Positions 38,034-46,352 of a stretch of DNA of 64,000 nt are shown piece by piece. Made by a program: the position numbers and the translations under genes. A model generated the notes under the pieces. That model saw only the letters and a program-made list of their open reading frames with translations, made no database searches and had not been told where the DNA came from. The DNA is from a virus (Duplodnaviria; Heunggongvirae; Uroviricota; Caudoviricetes): the IMG/VR virus record IMGVR_UViG_2681813305_000007; one strand, 5' to 3'. Positions within the stretch are counted from its first letter, which is position 1; each line of letters begins with the position of its first letter.

Positions 38034-38537
38034 TCACATTTTCCACTTACATGAAGAGGAAATTTCTTTTGCTATTGAATCTGCTCCAGTGAGGTCAAAC
38101 TCAACTACTTGCATCGTTGAACCATATGGCTCGAACCCAAGGATCATTTTTTTATGAGAGGAAATATCCTTTATGAAGGATATGGCCTTGGGGCTGAATG
38201 CCGCCTCGCCCCCTTCTGCAGCACTCCATCTACGTTTTTGCGGCTTTCCTCCATCAAACCTGATGGTTATTAACGGGTCATCAATCCCCATATACTCATC
38301 TACGGAAAGATATGCTTCCGTTTTTCCCTCACGGCATCGCAAGACAATGGAAGTACTTCTTTCAATTCCTTGCCTCATATAGACATCTGGTGACCTATTA
38401 ATGGCTACAACATCAGTCATATCGGTCATCTTGTTTTCTTCTTTCTTAACCTGCCAAGAGCCTTCCGTTACATATTCAGCGCCGGTTGATACCAGAGGGA
38501 TAGCAGCTACACACAAAGCCAAGATCGTCTTTTTCAT
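38034..38537 (-). CDS. Secreted/periplasmic protein of unknown function (moron)
   Basis: It has a cleavable signal peptide (MKKTILALCVAAIPLVSTGAEY), is 167 aa, and has its own terminator. Confidence 0.5.
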   Translation of the reverse strand: MKKTILALCVAAIPLVSTGAEYVTEGSWQVKKEENKMTDMTDVVAINRSPDVYMRQGIERSTSIVLRCREGKTEAYLSVDEYMGIDDPLITIRFDGGKPQKRRWSAAEGGEAAFSPKAISFIKDISSHKKMILGFEPYGSTMQVVEFDLTGADSIAKEISSSCKWKM

Positions 38538-38600
38538 TTTAGGATGTATCCGTTTTGAATGTTCAGAACTATCCTATCAGGTATGAATGGGAACGACAAA

Positions 38601-38623
38601 ACCCGCAGTTAAGCGGGTTTAAA
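38601..38623 (-). terminator. Hairpin terminator after the antirepressor gene (AACCCGC-AGTTAA-GCGGGTT)
   Basis: A perfect 7-bp stem flanked by A/T runs. Confidence 0.45.
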
Positions 38624-38664
38624 TAGCAAAGCCCAAAATTGAGCTTTGAATGTTTTTCAGATAG

Positions 38665-39450
38665 TTACGCTACATCAGCACCATGGATCAGGTGGCGAAG
38701 CGCCTGAACCCCTTCGGCGTTGTAACGGAACGCCTCAACCTGCTTGTCCGAGTGCCTCGACTTATCCAGAAAGAACTTGCCGTACTGCTCAGTTTTCAGG
38801 TTGTGTTTATTGGCCACGCGACCGATCTTGTTCGCAGTGCAACCGAGCTGCGCTGCCACTTCACCCGCCGTTGAGTAATGCTCTTCAATCGCCGGCAGTG
38901 GCACAACTTCGTGACCGAGAAGTGGGTTAACAAGGGTGGCAACAATCACCTGGTTAGCCGATTCACCAAGCCGCGGAAACATTGACATCAACTCCCGAGC
39001 TGATGCGATGTTTTTCTCCAGCGCCTGAGCTTTAAGCTGTTCGGCTTTGGCAAGACGGTACTCAGGAAGTCCTGATGAAGTCTTGTCCCTCGAAATGTTG
39101 TAAGTTCCCGTATCCATCAGCGCCGGGAGCACCTCTTCACATACCCAATCCTGGACACGTTCTGCTGAAGGGAGTGAGCTGCGCATGATGAGGCGAAACA
39201 CATCCGCCTGACCAACAAGTTGAATGCCCCGCGGGTTGTCACCGAACCCCAATTCTCGCGATTCGCTATAATTAAGTTTAATCAGAGACTTACAATGCTT
39301 TTTCAATGCATCTGCTGGGTTGGTATATCCCAACGCCCTTGCGAGCGGCACCGCAAGAAATACAGGCTTTCCTTTGAAGCGGGCTGCATCAATGCTTACA
39401 TCCATACCTTCACTTGACTTAAACTCAAAATGTTTGATAATCGAATTCAT
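38665..39450 (-). CDS. ant: Phage antirepressor (Bro-N N-terminal domain + KilAC/Ant C-terminal domain)
   Basis: The N-terminus (…FLAVPLARALGYTNPADALKKHC…VFRLIMRS…) is Bro-N/AntA-like; the C-terminal half is Ant-like. Confidence 0.65.
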   Translation of the reverse strand: MNSIIKHFEFKSSEGMDVSIDAARFKGKPVFLAVPLARALGYTNPADALKKHCKSLIKLNYSESRELGFGDNPRGIQLVGQADVFRLIMRSSLPSAERVQDWVCEEVLPALMDTGTYNISRDKTSSGLPEYRLAKAEQLKAQALEKNIASARELMSMFPRLGESANQVIVATLVNPLLGHEVVPLPAIEEHYSTAGEVAAQLGCTANKIGRVANKHNLKTEQYGKFFLDKSRHSDKQVEAFRYNAEGVQALRHLIHGADVA

Positions 39451-39515
39451 AGAGTTTGCCTTCTATGTATGTTAGTGATAACCGCCAGCGCCAACTGGCG
39501 GTTTTTCTTTTTGCA

Positions 39516-40148
39516 TCACTGCAATACTCCCGTCCCGTATGAAAATACATTTTTCCAGTTAGTATCCCCCCATGGGTGTTCTTCAATATGTTTCGTTTCG
39601 CGGCGAAGAAGATCTCGCGTCCTGTTTATAGTCCTCGCATGGTTGGTCACTATCGAGGCAAAGCGAGGTAGTAATTTGTGCTCTGCGGCCAGCAATAACG
39701 GGTAAATGTTATGGCAGGCTTCGTACATAACTGCGCTTGATCTCCACAGGTAAGACAGTGAGCAAAGCTCTTCGTCACTGAACTGCTTCGCAATCGGCGA
39801 ATGCGCCACTTCCCGATCCAGAATATCCAACACCCAGCGGCGGAACTCTTTGGCTTTGTCTGTAGTGGCAAACATAGCGATCAGGTGGCAACCGCGGAGA
39901 GAGAACACGCGGACCGATTTTTCACGTAAGTTATTGTTTATTCCATTGGTCTTCATTTTGATGACCATTGACATGCTGCTTGTGAACTCATCTGAATTGC
40001 GTGAGTAAATGGTCGAAACGCTTTTGCTAGAAGCATATCCCAGTGCCTTAGCGATATCTGCCGATGTCAGCCATATACCATCCGCAACAGGTGCCGGAAC
40101 CAGGGTGACATTGTGGAAACTTAGCTCTTTATTCTGTACACTGTTCAT
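39516..40148 (-). CDS. Second Bro-N-domain antirepressor-like protein
   Basis: From the ATG at 40148 (AAGGAAAT RBS) it reads MNSVQNKELSFHNVTLVP…WLTSADIAKALGYASSKSV… (Bro-N). Confidence 0.55.
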   Translation of the reverse strand: MNSVQNKELSFHNVTLVPAPVADGIWLTSADIAKALGYASSKSVSTIYSRNSDEFTSSMSMVIKMKTNGINNNLREKSVRVFSLRGCHLIAMFATTDKAKEFRRWVLDILDREVAHSPIAKQFSDEELCSLSYLWRSSAVMYEACHNIYPLLLAAEHKLLPRFASIVTNHARTINRTRDLLRRETKHIEEHPWGDTNWKNVFSYGTGVLQ

Positions 40149-40218
40149 GTCGATATTTCCTTCGCGGTTATTTTCGATAGAAGCCCCAAAGGTTGCCGCC
40201 AATGGGGCTTCGCTGTTT

Positions 40219-40401
40219 TTACTGACCATTCATGCGCTCCTCACGCAGGCTTTTTGCCAAACGTTGCACAATTGCAGAGTTAATCGATATCCCATCCATT
40301 TCAGCCATACGGCGGATCTCTTCCTTCATCCCTTCTGGCAAACGCAATTGGAAGCTAGAGCTTTTTCTTTCAGTATATAAAGTATCCATATCAACCCTCA
40401 C
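40219..40401 (-). CDS. Arc/Mnt-like ribbon-helix-helix repressor
   Basis: 60 aa; …SFQLRLPEGMKEEIRRMAEMDGISINSAIVQRLAKSL is the Arc RHH signature. It lies upstream of the antirepressor genes, as in P22 immI. Confidence 0.6.
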   Translation of the reverse strand: MRVDMDTLYTERKSSSFQLRLPEGMKEEIRRMAEMDGISINSAIVQRLAKSLREERMNGQ

Positions 40402-40488
40402 TAATTATGTCACCGTGACATGATATCACTGTGACTCAATTTACGGATAATGTCAATGTGATAGCATCAAGAAAATTTTGAGGTGCTT

Positions 40489-40848
40489 ATGTCAGAAAAA
40501 CCAGTCCGCGAATACGATAAATTCATGCTCCGCTTCCCTGATGGTATGCGTGATGCCATAGCCGAGAGAGCCAAGCGTAATGGCCGCTCCATGAACTCTG
40601 AGATAGTGCAGATACTCCAGGACACGCTAGAGGGTGGCTTTACCCTTCAGATGGATACAGAGTTTGGTAAGGTTTACAACGATCTTATCTCTACAGAAGT
40701 AAAAACATCTGAAGATTTTGATAAAAACAATGAAAGAATAGACTGGTTGATAGATCAGCTTGTCTGGAAAATCGATACTGACGCGGCAAAACTACGTGAG
40801 CTTATGAATTTACGTAAAATAGCTAACGAATCTAAAAAACCCACCTGA
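40489..40848 (+). CDS. Arc-like RHH DNA-binding protein with a C-terminal extension, divergent from the RHH/ant operon
   Basis: MSEKPVREYDKFMLRFPDGMRDAIAERAKRNGRSMNSEIVQILQD is an Arc-like RHH, followed by a 70-aa acidic helical tail. Confidence 0.55.
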   Translation: MSEKPVREYDKFMLRFPDGMRDAIAERAKRNGRSMNSEIVQILQDTLEGGFTLQMDTEFGKVYNDLISTEVKTSEDFDKNNERIDWLIDQLVWKIDTDAAKLRELMNLRKIANESKKPT

Positions 40849-40864
40849 TGGTGGGTTTTAACGT

Positions 40865-41554
40865 TCATTCATAGTTATGATCTATCTCTGATGGACCACA
40901 GCCATAAAATTTATCACCAGCCTGAATGACAAATTTGTGTCGAGGTTCACTTGGTACAAATCTAGCCATCATCGATCCACCATTGAAGGTAAAGGAATAT
41001 TCCCTTCCATCCCATCGTGGATTCTTACCCATCATTACACTGCCAGCGATAATCATTGCAGGGTAACGGCCAGTAATCATTGTAACATCCTCCCACACTA
41101 GGCAGTTTGTGGTAAAGGCGTGCTTTTCTTTCATAAAAAATGACTTTGCTTTTGCTCCAGAGAGACTCTCAACCATCCTCATTTCATCTTCTGATTTTTT
41201 TTGTAGTGCCGATGCCTTATCTATTTCGCATTTAGCCCACTGCTCCGTGGTTTTCTTTATTCGGTCAGATACAGCAAAGTTAGATTTGTCCTGGCTGGCG
41301 GCAAATACCTTTGTTTTATCATCAATGAAAATCATACCATCTTTCTTTTCAGTCAGTGGTGGGCTTACTACATAAGAGCCTCCTGGCCTATATGCTGTAA
41401 AAGATTTTCCGTTGAATATCACATTTGCGCTGCCTTTAGTGAGAAGAGTTGGAGGTGAAGAAAAATCCCCGACTGCATACTCACAAACAAGATTTTCATT
41501 AGCCACAGCCACGCCTGAGGCCATCAAAAGACTAAGCGTAATAAAACCCCTCAT
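40865..41554 (-). CDS. Secreted protein of unknown function (moron)
   Basis: The ATG at 41554 gives the signal peptide MRGFITLSLLMASGVAVA. The upstream extension in the track ORF would bury the signal peptide. Confidence 0.5.
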   Translation of the reverse strand: MRGFITLSLLMASGVAVANENLVCEYAVGDFSSPPTLLTKGSANVIFNGKSFTAYRPGGSYVVSPPLTEKKDGMIFIDDKTKVFAASQDKSNFAVSDRIKKTTEQWAKCEIDKASALQKKSEDEMRMVESLSGAKAKSFFMKEKHAFTTNCLVWEDVTMITGRYPAMIIAGSVMMGKNPRWDGREYSFTFNGGSMMARFVPSEPRHKFVIQAGDKFYGCGPSEIDHNYE

Positions 41555-41628
41555 ATCCCTATCCCCATTGGTTTGTTTTGGACAGATTAGCAGGGATATG
41601 AGGGAGTAAAAAGACCACCGTGGTTGGC

Positions 41629-41889
41629 TCATTTCTTCTTCTCTTCACGTTTGCGTCGTCGCTCTTCCCGCAACTCCTCTCGGCGTAAATCATCAAACAC
41701 CTTTACGATCGCTTTCATCATCATGAAATTGACGAAGTGGTGATTAACGCAGCCGTGAATGCGTAACTGCTCGGTGAACTCTTCAGCCGATCGCAGCGCC
41801 TCCATCATGTTCTTCTCGCCTTTCATGAACTCCGAGAAGTCGCGCCCCGCTCTGGAGGCGCATTCAACGATTCGGTTATTCATGGTCAC
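41629..41889 (-). CDS. Hypothetical small protein with a Glu/Arg/Lys-rich C-terminal helix
   Basis: 86 aa, coupled (ATGA) to the upstream KilA-N gene; its C-terminus is REELREERRRKREEKKK. Confidence 0.35.
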   Translation of the reverse strand: MTMNNRIVECASRAGRDFSEFMKGEKNMMEALRSAEEFTEQLRIHGCVNHHFVNFMMMKAIVKVFDDLRREELREERRRKREEKKK

Positions 41890-42641
41890 GCCGCCGCATA
41901 CAGCAGTTTCATCTGACCCTTAACGGGAAACGCAGCCATGCAACGGGCCTCGAAGTCCTTCTGGTCAATGCTACAACTGGCAATGTTGGTAACGGCGATC
42001 AGTTGCTGCTCGACCTTCTCCAGTGCATCAGGCTTAAGATGTTGGTGAATCTTCTCCTTGCTGTCCCCGGCGGCTTGTTTGGCTGCCTGATAGACATAAT
42101 CAGGAAGTGCTACACCGTACACCCAGCGAGAGGTGATCTGCCCGAACAAAGCCGGGCAACCACCGATATGACCAAAGTAAGGAAGGCCGGACATTTTCGA
42201 CAGTGCTTGATAGAACGGGTCTTTAAAGCGCTTCTCCCAGGACGTTGGTTGCTGGCACACCATCAGGCCGACAATCTGATCTTCGGTGAGCTGGAAGTTT
42301 TTACTCAGCAGAAGATTTTTAATGTGTCGGTCACAGGCGCGGGCGAATTTTACTGACAACCAGCGGGCGAATTCCACCGCCAACTCCGGATGAAGCCAGG
42401 TCCCGCCGTTTCGCCCTTTTTCCACTCTGACTAAAAGGGGAGAAAAATCCTCTTTTACGCCAGAGCTAGCAATTCCAAGCTCCTCAGCCAGTTCGGCGAT
42501 ATAAATTTTTGTCGCCTCAGTCTTTAGCCAGTCCTTTGGAAGCTTGCCGTGATGCTTTGCAGCAACTGTGGCATTGAACCAGCAATCTGCTGTAAAAGGG
42601 AATGAGCGGTCATCGTAATTCATAGGGATGATATTAGACAT
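41886..42641 (-). CDS. KilA-N domain protein with a P63C-like C-terminal domain
   Basis: The N-terminus (…FTADCWFNATVAAKHHGKLPKDWLKT…GGTWLHPELAVEFARWLS) is KilA-N/APSES-like. Confidence 0.55.
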   Translation of the reverse strand: MSNIIPMNYDDRSFPFTADCWFNATVAAKHHGKLPKDWLKTEATKIYIAELAEELGIASSGVKEDFSPLLVRVEKGRNGGTWLHPELAVEFARWLSVKFARACDRHIKNLLLSKNFQLTEDQIVGLMVCQQPTSWEKRFKDPFYQALSKMSGLPYFGHIGGCPALFGQITSRWVYGVALPDYVYQAAKQAAGDSKEKIHQHLKPDALEKVEQQLIAVTNIASCSIDQKDFEARCMAAFPVKGQMKLLYAAA

Positions 42642-42816
42642 ATCGGTAATTACCTTTTAGTGATGAACCTTGTCTCACAGGAATCCGGCCCACAGAAAGG
42701 CACCGACAGCCAGCCGGTATCCTCAAGGGTCATCCTGAAAGGTTCTGTGTGAAATGCGCGTGAGATGCGCGGTGAAATTTGGGTATAAAAAAGCCCCGGA
42801 CTATACCGAGGCTGGC

Positions 42817-43494
42817 TTATTGGTTGGCTTTGGCCTGCTTCCGTTTGCGTCTTGCAAAGTACGCATCGGCTGCATCGTCATACTCTTCCCTGGTATACCC
42901 TTTCTGATCCGGGTATTTGGCGATGAGCATTAACTGAAACTCGGTCATCGTCAGGTTTTCAGCTTCCTCTCTGCTGATCCCGAAGTGGTTGCGTGCAGCG
43001 ATGACGTAATCGGCAGCCCGGAACTCACTGGTTTTTTCATTTGTCTCATGGCGCTGAAGTTTGCGTACTTTGGCCTTTCCGATAATGCCGTGCATCATCA
43101 GACTTTGTGCAAGGATGACCATATCCTGCGGATTCATGACGCCCTTATGCCACACAAACGCCCTTCTTTTGGTTTTGCCGGGCTTCATCCAGCCAACCAG
43201 ATCACCTATGTCATCATTGCAGCAAGCGGTGAGGACCGTGTGGGCGGCCAGTAGAGATTTCTTATCAAGATGTAAAGCAGACAGGTGTTTAGCCAGCCAT
43301 TCAGGCACCCTGCCGTACGCTTCGACAACCCTCTGAATGAGAGGTGTTATTTCATCGTTGCAAAGGTCATAGAACGTCTGAACTATTTCTGCTGGCTCGC
43401 CGATGCGCGACATAGCCATGAATGATGGCCGGAAAAAATAATCCCGGTCCCCGACGGTTACCAGGCATTCTCCCAGCTCTTTTAGCGGAACCAT
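42817..43494 (-). CDS. Tail assembly chaperone-like protein (start uncertain; track ORF extends to 43593)
   Basis: It lies directly downstream of the major tail gene; the C-terminus (…EFQLMLIAKYPDQKGYTREEYDDAADAYFARRKRKQ) is chaperone-like. Confidence 0.4.
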   Translation of the reverse strand: MVPLKELGECLVTVGDRDYFFRPSFMAMSRIGEPAEIVQTFYDLCNDEITPLIQRVVEAYGRVPEWLAKHLSALHLDKKSLLAAHTVLTACCNDDIGDLVGWMKPGKTKRRAFVWHKGVMNPQDMVILAQSLMMHGIIGKAKVRKLQRHETNEKTSEFRAADYVIAARNHFGISREEAENLTMTEFQLMLIAKYPDQKGYTREEYDDAADAYFARRKRKQAKANQ

Positions 43495-43546
43495 TTGCTG
43501 CCTCCTGTAAACAAAATCAAGGGCAGGATCCTGCCCTTTGTTTTGC

Positions 43547-44299
43547 TTACGCCGTGACAGTAACCACGTGGGTAGCCACGAATTCACCATCAACCGTCTT
43601 CACAGTAATTGTTGCTGTTCCCGCCGTTGCACCTGACGGCGCTGACACGGTTACCGTATTACCAGTGATGGCGACGGTTGCACGTGCCGGCACGGATGAG
43701 CTGGCTGTGAACAGTTTGTTATCAGCATCTTCCGGTGCAATATTCACTGCGAATGTAGTACTGGAGCCAGCAGCAATAGAGCTGGTCGTCGGCGCAACAC
43801 TTACACCGGTAACCAGAATGTCACCATCAGCTTCGGTGATCTGGAAAGTCTGACCGTCAGCCAGTTTGAACTCAAAGCTGTAGGTCACGATTTCTTTCAC
43901 ACCACCGCCGTCACTGGCTCCTGATGGGACCATATAGCCGATGTGGTAATAATCGCCCCAGTGGAAACGCATCCATACACCTGGCTGGCGGCGGGCACGA
44001 ACCTCATCGACGATGTATTTCACGAACTGCTGAATGCCAAACTCATCAGTGCGGTCTTTAACGCGAACCTCCCCTTCGATGGAGTAGGTCGGATCCAGAC
44101 TGGCAATAAGGTTTGAACTGAATCCGCCGTTATCTGCATCAGAGGTCAGAGCCTCCGGGCTAAGGTCCCACGTTGCCGATGTTGGCAACCCCATCAGTTT
44201 CCAGTCGCCTTCCGCCGGAAACTGGTCGGCACAGCCGTAAGCCAGTTCCAGCGTCTTAGCGCGACCAATTAGTTGTCCGTTGTCGGAGCAGCCTTGCAT
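43547..44299 (-). CDS. Major tail protein with a C-terminal Ig-like (Big_2) domain
   Basis: The C-terminal approximately 85 aa is Thr/Ala/Val-rich (…TVTVSAPSGATAGTATITVKTVDGEFVATHVVTVTA), which is typical of Ig-like decorations. Confidence 0.65.
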   Translation of the reverse strand: MQGCSDNGQLIGRAKTLELAYGCADQFPAEGDWKLMGLPTSATWDLSPEALTSDADNGGFSSNLIASLDPTYSIEGEVRVKDRTDEFGIQQFVKYIVDEVRARRQPGVWMRFHWGDYYHIGYMVPSGASDGGGVKEIVTYSFEFKLADGQTFQITEADGDILVTGVSVAPTTSSIAAGSSTTFAVNIAPEDADNKLFTASSSVPARATVAITGNTVTVSAPSGATAGTATITVKTVDGEFVATHVVTVTA

Positions 44300-44317
44300 T
44301 GTTGCTTACCTCGCTTC

Positions 44318-44345
44318 AGATAATAAAAAAGGCCGCTCCAGGCGA
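44318..44345 (-). terminator. Hairpin plus U-run upstream of the major tail gene (AAGGUCGCC-UGGA-GCGGCCUU, UUUUUUAUUAU)
   Basis: It is closely similar to the hairpin at 49296..49325. Confidence 0.4.
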
Positions 44346-44367
44346 CCTTATGTGGTTTTATTCGGTG

Positions 44368-44760
44368 TTATCCGCCAAAGAGGCAGGCGAACTGCAGGCG
44401 CCACACCATACGCCCCTCAGCTGTGATAACAGGCGAAGGAATTCCGCCCATGTTGGATATCTGCCCAAGGCAGGTGTGCGTCATCGGGTTTTGCTGCACG
44501 TAATCGATGATGGCCTGAGCGTCGTTCTCTGACTGCGCATAGTCAGCAGATGCCTTTCCCCTGCTTATCACGTCCACCATGACGTAGTAATCAGCGGCCA
44601 TATCACGATCTACTGACGTGCCACCATTTGGTCGGAACACAATAAAGCGGTCAGATGCCTTGCCGGTATCATTCCAGAACAGGGACTGAACGATGTATCC
44701 GGCAGTCAATCCTGACTCAACAAAGACATTTCGAACCCGCCTGTGCATAGGAGGCGTCAT
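44368..44760 (-). CDS. Tail completion / tail terminator-like protein
   Basis: 130 aa, the last head-tail joining gene before the major tail. Confidence 0.4.
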   Translation of the reverse strand: MTPPMHRRVRNVFVESGLTAGYIVQSLFWNDTGKASDRFIVFRPNGGTSVDRDMAADYYVMVDVISRGKASADYAQSENDAQAIIDYVQQNPMTHTCLGQISNMGGIPSPVITAEGRMVWRLQFACLFGG

Positions 44761-45182
44761 AGCTCCATCTCCCTGCGTATAACTGCGTCAACTCTGTCTC
44801 TGGCGTTTTCAGCACCTTTCTCAAGGAATTTTGGCTCGCCTGATGTATCCCATATATTTCCACGGGAGCCGGGCGCTTCGCCTTTTCTTACAGGGCGCGG
44901 GGTGTTTTTTCCAAGATGAATACCTTTGGCCTCATGCACGTACGCCGCATAATTTGCAGAATAACCAATTCTCCCGGTTAGTCTGGTGCCCTTGATAACA
45001 ACCTCTCTGAACTGAGAGTTAACCAGAGTGCTGGTATCGATAGGAACCAGCACCGCGGACTCCAGCCCAATCTCAAACAGAGCAGAGTAGAGCGCCCGCA
45101 TGGTTTTTCGCTTTTCGATATTATCAATCAGCCGGTTGATGTTATTGCTGACCTTGGAGACTCCCCGAACTTTAACGCCCAT
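44757..45182 (-). CDS. HK97 gp10-like head-tail joining protein
   Basis: 141 aa, with the motif …ALFEIGLESAVLVPIDTSTLVNSQ…. Confidence 0.5.
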   Translation of the reverse strand: MGVKVRGVSKVSNNINRLIDNIEKRKTMRALYSALFEIGLESAVLVPIDTSTLVNSQFREVVIKGTRLTGRIGYSANYAAYVHEAKGIHLGKNTPRPVRKGEAPGSRGNIWDTSGEPKFLEKGAENARDRVDAVIRREMEL

Positions 45183-45184
45183 AA

Positions 45185-45547
45185 TCAGACTCCCGTAATC
45201 AGTGCGAAATCGTCCGCCAGTCGCTCGAACGTATCTGCGAACTGGACGATCTGCCGAATCTCATCGGCCTCATCCGGCGGAGCCGCATCTGTCGACGTGC
45301 CAATCAGGATGTAATCTCCCTCCCGCGCCGTTTCGTACTCGGTCCATATCGTGTTTTTAACCACGATTTCCCGGCCAAGGTCACCGATTTTTGCAGAGAG
45401 TCCGCCCTGGTAGTCGCAGAGAATAGCGATCGGCGCTTCCCATCCATACGGCTGACCGCCGCCGTCGGTATCGCTACCGTCAGCATCGCGTATGCGCCGC
45501 CAAATTGTCGCCGTCGCGGTGTATGACCAATTAGCTACCGAAGACAT
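45185..45547 (-). CDS. Head-tail adaptor/closure-like protein
   Basis: 120 aa, within the coupled head-tail gene run. Confidence 0.4.
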   Translation of the reverse strand: MSSVANWSYTATATIWRRIRDADGSDTDGGGQPYGWEAPIAILCDYQGGLSAKIGDLGREIVVKNTIWTEYETAREGDYILIGTSTDAAPPDEADEIRQIVQFADTFERLADDFALITGV

Positions 45548-45720
45548 CAGTCATCCCTCCATCGCAATACAACGGCGCCTGTGGCGCGTATGCGGTCGCA
45601 GTTAATGAACCATTCACCGTTGCTTTTCACGTACGCCGTCGTTTGTTGGCCGGCATCGGTGATCACCCACACCCGGGTAAACGTCCGCGGCAGCCGTTGC
45701 TGAACTGAAACCCGCGCCAT
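45548..45720 (-). CDS. Unannotated 57-aa ORF (MARVSVQQRLPRTFTRVWVITDAGQQ…) coupled on both sides
   Basis: A TAATG overlap with the upstream stop and a TGATG overlap with the downstream start; it fills an otherwise 172-nt gap. Confidence 0.35.
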
Positions 45721-46100
45721 TAGCAGTCCCCGACCACCATAAACAGGCCCACAGTGTTGCCAGCGCTGATCGGAAGTTCACTGGTGCAGCCGCTGGTATC
45801 CAGTTTCGCCAGCGAGTCACGCAGCCAGGTAATGCCGTCGTCTCCGTAATCGAACGAGCGCGACGCTCCTGATGGCGCCCCCTGCGATTTTATTCGCCGG
45901 GCACCGGATGACGTCGCCATGAGCGCAGCGGCATACATCAGAATGAGCTTTGCCGTGCATTCGTCGTATCCAGCACCATCGAGGCACGGGATAATCTTGT
46001 TAACCACGCAGAGAATCGGATCGAGCAGAGCGGCCGGGATGGAGTAACCCAATTCACCGAGGAACGCCTGCACGTCTGCCGCTGTGATTGGGTCAGCCAT
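45720..46100 (-). CDS. Head-tail connector-like protein
   Basis: 126 aa, downstream of the capsid gene. Confidence 0.4.
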   Translation of the reverse strand: MADPITAADVQAFLGELGYSIPAALLDPILCVVNKIIPCLDGAGYDECTAKLILMYAAALMATSSGARRIKSQGAPSGASRSFDYGDDGITWLRDSLAKLDTSGCTSELPISAGNTVGLFMVVGDC

Positions 46101-46102
46101 GG

Positions 46103-46342
46103 TTATTTCGCCTTCTTCGATTTGCTGGCAGATTCTTCCTGCTGCTCTGCCTGCTCTTCAGCATCATTGCCAGGTGTGGCCACTTCCAGCACCTGATCGT
46201 CATCACTAATGATTTCAACCAGACCAGCGGCTACCCAACGCTTAGCGACATCGCCGCTTACCGAAACCTGAGCACCAACCTCCAGTTTCTGGAGATTGGC
46301 ACCGGAGAAAAGGTTATCGCTAATCACTTTTACCAGTGCCAT
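46103..46342 (-). CDS. Small acidic head protein (hypothetical)
   Basis: 79 aa, immediately after the major capsid gene, with a Glu-rich tail. Confidence 0.35.
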   Translation of the reverse strand: MALVKVISDNLFSGANLQKLEVGAQVSVSGDVAKRWVAAGLVEIISDDDQVLEVATPGNDAEEQAEQQEESASKSKKAK

Positions 46343-46352
46343 TTACCGCCCC

